A stretch of 64,000 nucleotides of DNA. It comes from an uncultured bacterium. Its GTDB lineage: Bacteria > Cyanobacteriota > Cyanobacteriia > Cyanobacteriales > Nostocaceae. The DNA is taken from contig CAXTSI010000002.1 of the NCBI GenBank assembly GCA_964246695.1, forward strand, positions 2,690 to 66,689, read 5' to 3'. The position numbers and the translations under genes were made by a program. Numbering within the stretch: the stretch's first letter is position 1; each line of letters opens with the position of its first letter. Shown here one piece after another: positions 29,453-38,543 of this stretch. The notes below the pieces were generated by a model, which saw only the letters and a program-made list of their open reading frames with translations, had not been told where the DNA came from and did no database searches.

Positions 29453-30774
29453 TAGCGCTACATTCAGCCCCGATAGTAAAATTATTGCCTCTGGTAGCGA
29501 AGACGGAACTGTTAAACTCTGGAAATTGGATGGGATGATGACAACCCTCCCTGGGGATCAAGGTAGGGCGATCGGCGCTACATTCAATTTTGATGGGACT
29601 ATTGCCTCTGGTAGCAAAGACGGAACTGTTAAACTCTGGAAATTGGATGGGACTCTCATTAAAACCTTATCCATGCAAAGTCATTCAGTAACAAGCATAA
29701 GTTTCAGCCCGGATGGCAAAATTATTGCTTCTGGAAGCTATGACGGTACTGTCAAACTTTGGCAGCGGGATGGAACTCCGATTACAACTCTGAAAGTCAA
29801 TTCACTTTTGGTAGTAACAAGTGTCAGTTTCAGCCCTGATGGCAAAATTATTGCTGCTGGTGGTGATGACGGAACTATCAAACTTTGGAAACGAGATGGG
29901 ACTCTGATTGCCACTCTGCGGGAGCATAGAAATTGGGTGACAAGTGTCAGTTTCAGCCCGGATGGTAAAATCATTGCTTCTGGTGGTGATGATGCAACTA
30001 TCAAACTTTGGCATCTGGATGGGACTCTACTCGCCACCCTGACTGGTCATAAAAAGAATATTAATGGCGTTAGTTTCAGCCCTGATGGTAAAATCATTGC
30101 TACTAGTAGTGATGACCGAACTATCAAACTCTGGAAGTGGGATGGAAGCAAGTGGGATCAAACCCCTACCACCCTCATTGGACATAGCGGTGCAGTCACA
30201 AGCGTTAGTTTTAGCCCCGATGGAGAAATCATAGCTTCTGCAAGCGTTGACAAAACTATCAAACTTTGGAAACCCAATGGGACTCTCATTACTACTCTCA
30301 CTGGACATAGCAATGCAGTAACAAACGCTACATTCAGCCCCGATGGTATCCTTGCCTCTATCAGTAAGGATGGGAGAGTGATTTTGTGGAGTTTGAATCT
30401 AGATAATTTACTAACGCAGGGATGTCAATGGCTCCAAAATTATTTTATCACTCATCCTGATGCTCTCAAGACCTTAAAAGTATGCGATCGCAAGTCTAGC
30501 ACTCCTAAATAATTCGTGAAATCCTCTCTTTCTTTCCTTCCTTCGCGCTCTTTGTGCCTTTGCGGTTCGTTAAAAAAGATTAATTCTGACTCCACAGATA
30601 GGACTGCTGTCAATACGGTTCGGTTAAGAGTTGTTGGTGAGGATTACATAGGTGTAGAGACGCGACCGATCGCGTCTCTACAGAAGTTATCGGTATGTAG
30701 ATTATCTTATCCGAACCGTATTGGGACTGCTGTAGCAATCAAAATTCATGAGTCACGATAACAACATCCTCAAA

Positions 30775-30846
30775 AGCGGGCGATGGGACTCGAACCCACG
30801 ACGTTCAGCATGGGAAGCTGACATTCTACCACTGAATTACACCCGC
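30775..30846 (-). tRNA. tRNA-Gly (anticodon CCC)
   Basis: The reverse complement GCGGGTG-TA-ATTC-AGTGGTA-GAAT-G-TCAGC-TTCCCAT-GCTGA-ACGTC-GTGGG-TTCGAGT-CCCAT-CGCCCGC-T folds as a 72-nt cloverleaf. No encoded CCA. Confidence 0.9.
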
Positions 30847-31078
30847 AAATTGCCATCAGCCAGAATAAGACTAATACATATAATACCACCATTTATCTAT
30901 TTTAGCTAGCAGGTGGCAGATTCACCATAATTGCAACCGCAGACGGACGCAGATAATTCTCTGTTCTATCTGCGTCGAGGGTGCGGTTCAAAATCAGTAG
31001 CATTTATTTTATCCCAAAAATGAATAAACCCAGACAGAGTCAGGAACTTGACAAAGCCAAAAGCGCGTGGCAAATTAG

Positions 31079-31106
31079 AGGTAAATTGGTTTAAACTTAT
31101 TTACCT
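31079..31106. promoter_or_regulatory. Candidate operator: inverted repeat AGGTAAAT-N12-ATTTACCT upstream of the ArsR-type gene
   Basis: An 8-bp perfect inverted repeat ending 23 nt before the ATG at 31129. Confidence 0.3.
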
Positions 31107-31128
31107 AATCTACAAGTAACTTTACAAA

Positions 31129-31452
31129 ATGCAGAAAGAGGAAGCCGTGCGGTTTCTCACTGCTATAGGTGCCCCCGCGCGCCTCGAGCTGATCTCATTG
31201 TTATTTCATCAAGGACGCAGTAATGTAGGCGACATTGCCCGAAAGTTTCGTCTCAGTCGTCCTGCCATTTCTCATCATTTGAAAGTTCTCAAGGAGGCTG
31301 GGGTAATTGAGTATGAGAAGGTAGGTCAGGAAGGTTTTTACTGGTTGAATAGGGTGCGCTTAATATCTGGACTGCGGGCGATCGCTGATGGAATTGAGCG
31401 TTTTCAACCAGACTCGCCTTGCGACAAACCTGACGATCGTCAGTGCCATTGA
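31129..31452 (+). CDS. ArsR/SmtB family transcriptional regulator
   Basis: 'ARLELISLLFHQGRSNVGDIARKFRLSRPAISHHLKVLKEAGVIEYEKVGQEGFY' is a winged-HTH ArsR signature. Confidence 0.85.
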   Translation: MQKEEAVRFLTAIGAPARLELISLLFHQGRSNVGDIARKFRLSRPAISHHLKVLKEAGVIEYEKVGQEGFYWLNRVRLISGLRAIADGIERFQPDSPCDKPDDRQCH

Positions 31453-31569
31453 AGGCAATGCTGGCTAGGGGATCGTATTCTTAAACATAAGTTAATATAC
31501 GGTTATAGATTGTAAATTTTTTAATAAAAGTCAAAGTAAAATTGCGTAGGCTGAAACGGAGGTGTTACT

Positions 31570-32985
31570 GTGACTAATAAACCTTTCACAGAAGTTGAAT
31601 CTGAAGAACCAGAGGTAGTTGAGAACACCACTTGGATAGAGAAAAAACGATTTTCCAAGCAGCGTACACGCGTACGTTGGCTGATGCCACTATTCTTAGG
31701 CACTGGCTTGGGGATAGGAATCACCTTTGTTGGTATGCAACTGCTACATAACCCAATTAAGGGTTCTACTGCCAAATCGCCACCACAAGCGTCTCTCACC
31801 CTGCCAACTGTTACCGTCGCCATGGCAGTAACAACCCGCATCGCCCGCAGCCTCAGCAGTACAGGTACTGTCGCTGCCCGCGAACATATCTTGGTTTTGC
31901 CGCAAACCAGTGGCTTGCAAATCAAGAAAATTTTAGTCAATGAGGGCAAACAGATAAAAGCCGGAGAGGTGCTAGCAATCTTGGACGATTCGGTACTGCA
32001 AACACAAATCGACCAAGCAAAGGCAAAGGTACAATCTGACAAAGGACTGTTTGAGCAAAAACAAGCTGCCCTAGCGACTGCCCGCGCCAACGTTGCCCAA
32101 GCCCGCGCTAACGTTGCCCAAGCCCGCGCCAGCGAAAAAGACGCCCTCGTGAAACTCAAAAATTACCAACAGCTAGGTGACGCCGGAGCAATTAGTCGCG
32201 AGCAATTAGACGATCGCGCCACCAATGCTACGACAAAAAAAGAAGCAGTCAACGCCGCAGTCGAAGCAGTCAACGCCGCAGTAGCAACTATCGGTAGCGC
32301 CAAGGCAAATGTTAACAGCGCCCAAGCCGACGTCCAAAATAGTGCTGCTAAAGTGGCACAACTGCAAACACAGTTAGGACAAACGTTAGTTCGGGCGCCA
32401 GTTGCGGGAATAATAGCTAAAAAGAATGTCGAGGTTGGCGATGTGACTAGCACAAAACAACTATTTGAAATTATTCGCGATGGGGCGCTGGAACTACAGG
32501 CACAAATTCCAGAAGTGCAGTTGCCGCAAGTAGCAATTGGCGCATCAGCACAAATTACCTCCGATAGCGATCGCCGCGTCCGTTTAGATGGAATTGTACG
32601 GGAAATATCGCCCCAAGTTGACGAGAAAAATCGCAAGGCGATCGTCAAAATTAATTTGCCACCAACACCCCTGCTGCGTCCGGGGATGTTTGCCCGTGCG
32701 GCAATTACTACCAATACAGTTATGTCCGTCAGCGTACCTGCTAAAGCAGTGCTACCGCAACCAGATGGCAAAGCCATTGTTTTCACCCTATCAGGTGAAG
32801 ACACACAAAAGTCCGAAGCTTTAAAAACAGTAAAGGTATACATAGTTAAAGCTACAAAAGTGCAAGTAGGAGAAATTATCAGAGGTGGCGACATCGAAAT
32901 TAGCCAAGGTCTAAATCCAGGCGTTCGCGTGGTTACTGTCGGTGCGCCATATCTCAAAGATGGCGATCGCGTACAAGTTCCTTAG
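31570..32985 (+). CDS. Efflux RND transporter periplasmic adaptor subunit (MFP/HlyD family)
   Basis: GTG start, TM anchor, lipoyl-like 'GLQIKKILVNEGKQIKAGEVLAILDD', long Ala/Gln coiled coil, 'LVRAPVAGIIAKKNVEVGD'. Confidence 0.9.
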   Translation: MTNKPFTEVESEEPEVVENTTWIEKKRFSKQRTRVRWLMPLFLGTGLGIGITFVGMQLLHNPIKGSTAKSPPQASLTLPTVTVAMAVTTRIARSLSSTGTVAAREHILVLPQTSGLQIKKILVNEGKQIKAGEVLAILDDSVLQTQIDQAKAKVQSDKGLFEQKQAALATARANVAQARANVAQARASEKDALVKLKNYQQLGDAGAISREQLDDRATNATTKKEAVNAAVEAVNAAVATIGSAKANVNSAQADVQNSAAKVAQLQTQLGQTLVRAPVAGIIAKKNVEVGDVTSTKQLFEIIRDGALELQAQIPEVQLPQVAIGASAQITSDSDRRVRLDGIVREISPQVDEKNRKAIVKINLPPTPLLRPGMFARAAITTNTVMSVSVPAKAVLPQPDGKAIVFTLSGEDTQKSEALKTVKVYIVKATKVQVGEIIRGGDIEISQGLNPGVRVVTVGAPYLKDGDRVQVP

Positions 32986-33002
32986 TCATTTGTTGATTGT
33001 TC

Positions 33003-33075
33003 ATTGCTAATGGCTAATTGCTAATTGTCAATTATTACCATTAGCCATTAGCCATTAGCCATTAGCAATTAGCCA
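33003..33075. repeat. Palindromic STRR heptamer array between the MFP and RND genes
   Basis: TGCTAAT/GGCTAAT arm versus CATTAGC arm, read directly. Confidence 0.8.
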
Positions 33076-33082
33076 ATATAAT

Positions 33083-36000
33083 ATGTCCTTCAACATCTCA
33101 TCTTGGTCGATTAAAAAACCCGTTCCGACAATAGTTTTATTTTTAGTTTTAACTATAGTTGGTTGGTTTTCCTTCATGACGTTGGGGATTGATACCAACC
33201 CGAATATTGATGTTCCCACAGTTTCAGTGACGGTAACGCAGCCTGGGGCGGGTCCGGCGGAATTGGAATCGCAAGTGACAAAAAAGGTAGAAGATTCCGT
33301 TGCAGCATTAGGCAATATCGACTACATGCTTTCGACGGTCAACGATGGAATTTCTTCCACCGTCATCAACTTTCTTTTGGGAACAAATACCGATCGCGCT
33401 ACCAACGATGTTCGCAACGCCGTTGCTCAAATTCGGCAAAATCTCCCCCAAGACATTAATGAACCAATTGTCAAACGGCTGGATTTTGCTGGAGGTCCGA
33501 TTATGACCTATGCGGTCACCTCCGACAAGCAATCGGTAGAAGAACTTAGTAATCTGGTTGACCAAACTATTAGCCGTGCCTTATTAGCTGTGCCAGGAGT
33601 GGCACAAATTAAGCGCGTCGGAGGTGTTGATCGAGAAATTCGCATCAACCTCGATCCCGGACGTTTGCAAAGTCTGGGGATCACCGCGACTCAGGTTAAC
33701 GATCAAATCCGCAGTCTCAATATTAACTTACCAGGTGGTCGTACTGAATTAGGCGGGAGCGAACAAAGTATCCGCACCCTAGGTAGTGCCCCAAATGTTA
33801 ATGTCTTGAAAACCTATGAAATTATCCTGACAAACGGTGGTTCCGTACCGTTGACGAGTTTGGGAACGGTAGAAGACAGTTATGCCGAAATCCGTCAAAC
33901 TGCTCGCTTGAATAAAAAACCCGTCGTCGCCTTACAAGTGTTGCGGAGTACTGGCAGCGTTACGGTAACAGTGGAACAAGGAGTGAAAGATGCAATCGCA
34001 AAACTGCAAAAAACCCTGCCGACGGATGTCAAGCTGGAAATAATTTTCACAAGAGCTGCTTATGTCCGTGAAACTTATCAAAGCACCATTGAAGACTTGT
34101 TAATTGCGTCTGTGTTGGCAGTCATCACGATTCTCGTATTTTTACGTAACTGGAGAGCTACATTAATTACGGGCGTAGCACTACCACTGTCAATAATTCC
34201 TACCTTTGCCGTCATTCAGGCACTGGGTTATACCCTAAACAGTATGACCTTGCTAGCATTGGCGCTGGCGGTAGGTAACTTAGTGGATGATGCCGTCGTA
34301 GAAATTGAAAACATGGAACGGCATATGGAAATGGGCAAAGACCCAGTTCAGGCAGCAATCGATTCTGCCGAAGAAGTGGGTTTGGCAGTGATCGCTTGCT
34401 CAGCAACCATTGTCGCTGTGTTTTTGCCTGTTGCTTTTATGGGTGGCATTCCCGGTCAATTTTTCCAACCCTTTGGCGTTACTGTTTCTGTTGCCACGAT
34501 TTTCTCAACTTTCGTCGCCCGGATGGTTACCCCGATGATGGGGGCGTATTTACTGGAGAATACCTACAAGAAGCACGATCAAAAAAAGACAAATTCTTCC
34601 GTAAGCGTCGCCCCCAAAAGGCGGCGCTTTCAACCTTATAAATCTCTGTTAACTTGGGCATTACGCCACAGATTGACCACGATTATCTTTGCCTTAGCAT
34701 TCTTTGTTGGCAGTCTCATGCTCGTTCCTTTGATTCCCAAAGGTTTTGTTGATAATGGAGACATAGGTATTTCTACTGTCGGTATAGAACTACCTCCTGG
34801 TTCTACATTGGTAGATACCAACAAAGTTGTAGAACAGGCAACAAACATGCTCCGGGAAAACCCCAAGGTGGGCAGTGCGGTGGAAAGTGTGCTCGCTACA
34901 GAAGAGTTAGATTCTGCTACCCTCACTGTTAAATTTAAGCCGAAAGAAGAACGCCACGGGATTTCGCAAGTGAAGTTTGAACAGTTCGTGCGTAGCGATT
35001 TTCAAAAAATCCCTGGTGCGAGAGTGAGTTTTCAGGCACAAGGTGGGGCTGGTAGTCGGAAAGATTTAACGATTCTGCTCAAAAGTGAAAATGCTGAAGC
35101 ATTGAATGAAGGTGCTGATGCTTTGGAAAGGCAGATGCGGACAGTACCAGGTTTGGTGGATGTGACTTCTACTGCGAGTTTGGTACAACCAGAAATTTTG
35201 GTAGTTCCCAATCCGCAACAAGCAGCAGATTTGGGGGTGACAGTGCAATCAATCGCCCGGACTGCGTCATTGGCGACCATTGGCGATCGCGATTCGAGTT
35301 TGGCAAAATTTAATTTAAGCGATCGCCAAATTCCGATTCGCGTCCAAATCGACCCGAAAGCCAAAGAAGACATCAATACCCTCAGAAATCTCCAAGTTCC
35401 CAGTCAAAATGGCAGCTTAGTTCCTTTAGTAGCGGTAGCAGATATCCGTCTTGGCAGTGGACCTGCGCAAATTAATCGTTACGATCGCTACCGTCAAGTT
35501 TCTATAGAAGCTAACTTGCAGCAAGGTACTTCTTTGGGCGATGCAGTGCAAGCAGTTAACAAGCTGCCTGCCCTGCAACACTTACCGCCTGGAGTCGTGC
35601 AGCAACCAGCTGGCGATGCCAAGATTATGGGGGAAATTTTTGGTCGCTTTGGAACTGCCTTGGCGCTGGCGTTAATGTCTATCTATGCCATTCTTGTCTT
35701 GCTGTATAACAGCTTCCTCCATCCCCTGACAATTATGATGGCATTGCCGTTTTGTTTAGGTGGCGCCCTGCTGGGGTTGATGGTTGCTCAAAAAGCCTTG
35801 GGATTGTACGCCCTGATTGGGATGGTGCTATTGATGGGGATTGTGACCAAAAACTCGATTCTGCTGGTAGACTATACTATGATCAATTTGGCAGAAGGAA
35901 AGACTCAACGTCAGGCGCTGCTAGATGCTGGGGTGTCGCGCCTGCGACCGATTTTGATGACTTCGATCGCAACTATTGCAGGTATCTTACCCTTGGCATT

Positions 36001-36250
36001 GGGATTTGGTGCAGGTGCTGAAGTCCGCCAACCAATGGGAATTGCGATTATGGGTGGTTTCACAACTTCCACGCTGCTAACAGTGGTAGTGATCCCCGTC
36101 TTCTTTTCTTATGTCGATGACTTCCAGCACTGGATTGTCAACTTTGTAAAATATCGTGGTCAGAAACGCAAGCTTCATGTTGTCAGCGAGGATGTGCTAA
36201 TCCCACCAGAACGTGAGGATTCCCCTGCTAAACACCCAATTAGTAAATAG
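33083..36250 (+). CDS. Efflux RND transporter permease subunit (AcrB/CzcA superfamily)
   Basis: 1055 aa. 'SSWSIKKPVPTIVLFLVLTIVG', 'AVGNLVDDAVVEIENMERH' and 12-TM organisation. Confidence 0.9.
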   Translation: MSFNISSWSIKKPVPTIVLFLVLTIVGWFSFMTLGIDTNPNIDVPTVSVTVTQPGAGPAELESQVTKKVEDSVAALGNIDYMLSTVNDGISSTVINFLLGTNTDRATNDVRNAVAQIRQNLPQDINEPIVKRLDFAGGPIMTYAVTSDKQSVEELSNLVDQTISRALLAVPGVAQIKRVGGVDREIRINLDPGRLQSLGITATQVNDQIRSLNINLPGGRTELGGSEQSIRTLGSAPNVNVLKTYEIILTNGGSVPLTSLGTVEDSYAEIRQTARLNKKPVVALQVLRSTGSVTVTVEQGVKDAIAKLQKTLPTDVKLEIIFTRAAYVRETYQSTIEDLLIASVLAVITILVFLRNWRATLITGVALPLSIIPTFAVIQALGYTLNSMTLLALALAVGNLVDDAVVEIENMERHMEMGKDPVQAAIDSAEEVGLAVIACSATIVAVFLPVAFMGGIPGQFFQPFGVTVSVATIFSTFVARMVTPMMGAYLLENTYKKHDQKKTNSSVSVAPKRRRFQPYKSLLTWALRHRLTTIIFALAFFVGSLMLVPLIPKGFVDNGDIGISTVGIELPPGSTLVDTNKVVEQATNMLRENPKVGSAVESVLATEELDSATLTVKFKPKEERHGISQVKFEQFVRSDFQKIPGARVSFQAQGGAGSRKDLTILLKSENAEALNEGADALERQMRTVPGLVDVTSTASLVQPEILVVPNPQQAADLGVTVQSIARTASLATIGDRDSSLAKFNLSDRQIPIRVQIDPKAKEDINTLRNLQVPSQNGSLVPLVAVADIRLGSGPAQINRYDRYRQVSIEANLQQGTSLGDAVQAVNKLPALQHLPPGVVQQPAGDAKIMGEIFGRFGTALALALMSIYAILVLLYNSFLHPLTIMMALPFCLGGALLGLMVAQKALGLYALIGMVLLMGIVTKNSILLVDYTMINLAEGKTQRQALLDAGVSRLRPILMTSIATIAGILPLALGFGAGAEVRQPMGIAIMGGFTTSTLLTVVVIPVFFSYVDDFQHWIVNFVKYRGQKRKLHVVSEDVLIPPEREDSPAKHPISK

Positions 36251-36311
36251 GTACACGCTGTGCAACGCTTTTTCCATTTTTTAATTCCGATGGGACGTTA
36301 GGTCGTTGTGC

Positions 36312-36911
36312 TTAAGAAGCAATTAATTCTCTCAGTCGCTGCCACGACCGTATCCAAGTCCATACATCTTCTGCCGAATCTTCGATTCCTGCAAGAATGC
36401 GCTGGCGGAACACAACTGGGGAGTCAAACCCAAAACTGGAGAGTTGCTCTCGCATCCCGTAAAGCAAGTCCTTACCCGCAAAAAAAGATATATAATTTTG
36501 CTGTTGAAATCGACTGCCACCAGGGCAACAAGTTGGCAGCAATCTATCAAATTCGTCTAGGGGATTGAGTCTGGGTGAACTGAGTCTTTGTTCGTATTGT
36601 TTGATGATATTATTTAGTTCGCTTTTGCCGTTGGCTTCTGTCAATCCCCTATCTTTGGGAAAGCGATAGCTTTCTTTTTTGTCTCGTTCTTCCCCCCAAG
36701 AGTTGTTGGGAGGTGAAGGTCGGTTTTGTAAATAAAGTGACAGTGTAATTCTTGCTGCAGTATAGGCGGCAATTTTAGAAGCTGAGGCTTGCAATGCTGC
36801 GCGGTATTCCTCTGGTGGCGGGGAATTCTCACCCAACGCCCTCTTTACCACTTTTGGGTCTATTAAATAATTTTCAATTTCTTTTCTTTCCCAGTACCAA
36901 CCCAAAGACAC
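36312..36911 (-). pseudogene. C-terminal part of an uncharacterised protein, possibly DUF4435/OLD-TOPRIM-like, cut off by a MITE
   Basis: 'GWYWERKEIENYLIDPKVV' resembles the C-terminal motif of DUF4435/OLD-type nucleases. There is no ATG start. The reading frame runs into the MITE at 36935, and degenerate 'LDIHILEDRDDAG' is readable beyond it (about 37090..37130). Confidence 0.35.
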
Positions 36912-36934
36912 CTGTATATTGTTCTCTATAATGC

Positions 36935-37025
36935 AATACGGTTCAGTTAAGCATCAACCCAGAAACCCGGTTTCTTTGAGAAACCGGGTTTCTCTGCCTC
37001 ACGCTACCCTTAACTGAACCGTATT
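36935..37025. mobile_element. MITE-like element AATACGGTTCAGTTAAG...CTTAACTGAACCGTATT with a GAAACCCGGTTTC core
   Basis: A 17-bp perfect TIR read directly. Confidence 0.75.
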
Positions 37026-37393
37026 AGGTTATATTGTGGTCTACCCGACTGATATTCGCGCTTAATAGAAGCCGAATTTAGCAGGGGTGACAAAGGATAT
37101 TTTTTAATCCGGCATCATCGCGATCTTCTAGTATGTGGATGTCTAGCGACAAGTCCCGAAGTGTCTACAAACAATCGCTTAGGCGATCGCACTCCCAGAA
37201 AAACGCTTTTTACAAAACTTCACCCTTGTGCCATGTGGATCGCACGCCTTGTAGAGGAATTCCGATTCGCTTCCGTGCGGTTACGTTTATTTTTACTAAT
37301 TTACGCGGTTATAACAACTAAATTGGCAATTGCGGGAATTTAATCGGGTCAACGAAGGCTGTGTTTCTATATCCAACTAAATTGGTAATGGGA

Positions 37394-38524
37394 TTAGTTA
37401 TGAGTTGTTGACGTACTTCTTACTTGATTGCTCAAGAATAGTTTAACAGTAAATGTAGTTCCCACACCCTCTTCGCTCTGTACAGCAATTTCTCCGCCGT
37501 GTAAGTCCAAACACTTTTTCACCAGCGTGAGTCCTAAACCGGTTCCAGGAATTTTGCCAACATTTTCAGCCCGATGAAATGGCTTAAACAGATGTTGTTG
37601 ATCTGCTGTGGGAATGCCAATACCTGTATCTTTAATCTGAAAAACTATCTCTCCCTCTGCTGGACAAAATAGTTCTAAATAGACATGACCACCTTGAGGA
37701 GAATACTTGATCGCATTTGAAAGCAAATTGCTAAGAATATGCCACAGCAGTTTTTTATCCAAGCAAGCAGTGGTACATTGATCCTGGTTTGTGAAAATGA
37801 TCGGATGGGTTTGACCAGCGCTAAATTGTATCTCTGCCACTAACTCCTGGCAAAATTTTTCCAAATCTAGAGGTGCTGGAGCAAAATCTAGTTCGCCTCC
37901 TTCTGCTTTTCCGACTGCCAAAACATCATTCAATAGATGTTCCATAGCTCTGACTGATTCTTGAATCATATATAAATATTGCCGTCTTTTCACCTCAGAT
38001 AATTGCTGGCTGTGATGTTCGAGTAATTGAGCAGAAGATAAAATTGTCGTCATTGGTCTACGAAATTCGTGGGCAAACATGGACCAAAAGCGAGATTTGA
38101 GTTCACTCAGTTCTTTTTCTTTGGTCAAAGCCACGCATACCGCCTCTTCCGCCATCCGGCGACGTAGCGCAATTTCAATTGCCGCGTATAATTCTCTTTC
38201 ATCGAAGGGTTTGACTATATAACCAAAAGGATCTGTAATTTTTGCCCGTCGTAAAGTTTTTTCATCAGCATAAGCAGTTAAATAAATAACAGGAATATCA
38301 AAGTCATATCTGATTTTTTCAGCAGCTTCTATTCCATCAATTTTGCCTTTCAATTTGATATCCATTAACACTAAATCTGGGCTGGTTTCTGCAGCTTTTT
38401 CAATTGCTTCTTCTCCAGAAGAAACGGCAGCCAGTACAACATATCCTAAAGTGGTTAATCGCTTAGCTATATCTTTAGCGACTATCCTTTCATCTTCAAC
38501 AATTAAGAGCTTTGCCTGAGCCAT
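37394..38524 (-). CDS. Hybrid response regulator-histidine kinase (REC-HisKA-HATPase_c)
   Basis: '[14 protein letters not shown]...DLVLMDIKL' (REC), 'FAHEFRRPM' (H-box), 'NLLSNAIKY', 'DTGIGI', 'GTGLGL'. Confidence 0.9.
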   Translation of the reverse strand: MAQAKLLIVEDERIVAKDIAKRLTTLGYVVLAAVSSGEEAIEKAAETSPDLVLMDIKLKGKIDGIEAAEKIRYDFDIPVIYLTAYADEKTLRRAKITDPFGYIVKPFDERELYAAIEIALRRRMAEEAVCVALTKEKELSELKSRFWSMFAHEFRRPMTTILSSAQLLEHHSQQLSEVKRRQYLYMIQESVRAMEHLLNDVLAVGKAEGGELDFAPAPLDLEKFCQELVAEIQFSAGQTHPIIFTNQDQCTTACLDKKLLWHILSNLLSNAIKYSPQGGHVYLELFCPAEGEIVFQIKDTGIGIPTADQQHLFKPFHRAENVGKIPGTGLGLTLVKKCLDLHGGEIAVQSEEGVGTTFTVKLFLSNQVRSTSTTHN

Positions 38525-38543
38525 TTTCCTGCTTCCCTGTTGT

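Larger units (their letters stand above)
27397..30512 (+). pseudogene. STAND-like 'AAA-like domain' ATPase fused to a WD40 array of at least 12 blades, interrupted by two MITEs
   Basis: 'MEFDNYYKVGGSLNANHRTYVVRKADEQIFEFLKAGEYCFV|MITE|FNSRQMGKSSLRVQTMKKLRAEGIKCASIDL...' followed by a TM/coiled region. WD40 units 'SFSPDGKIIASGS.DGTVKLW' are broken at 29332..29452. Confidence 0.85.

Noticed and set aside
30516-30761. An 81-aa ORF between the WD40 gene and the tRNA.
   Set aside because: It spans a palindromic repeat (ATACGGTTCGG...CCGAACCGTAT with an inner GTAGAGACGCG...CGCGTCTCTAC) and repeat-type sequence (CTTTGCGGTT). It has no coding signal.
31521-32957. Two long minus-strand ORFs (31521..32159 and 32163..32957) opposite the RND adaptor gene.
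   Set aside because: They are antisense to a confidently identified MFP gene. They are Ala/Arg/Ser/Thr-rich and low complexity, as expected from the antisense of an Ala/Gln-rich coiled coil.
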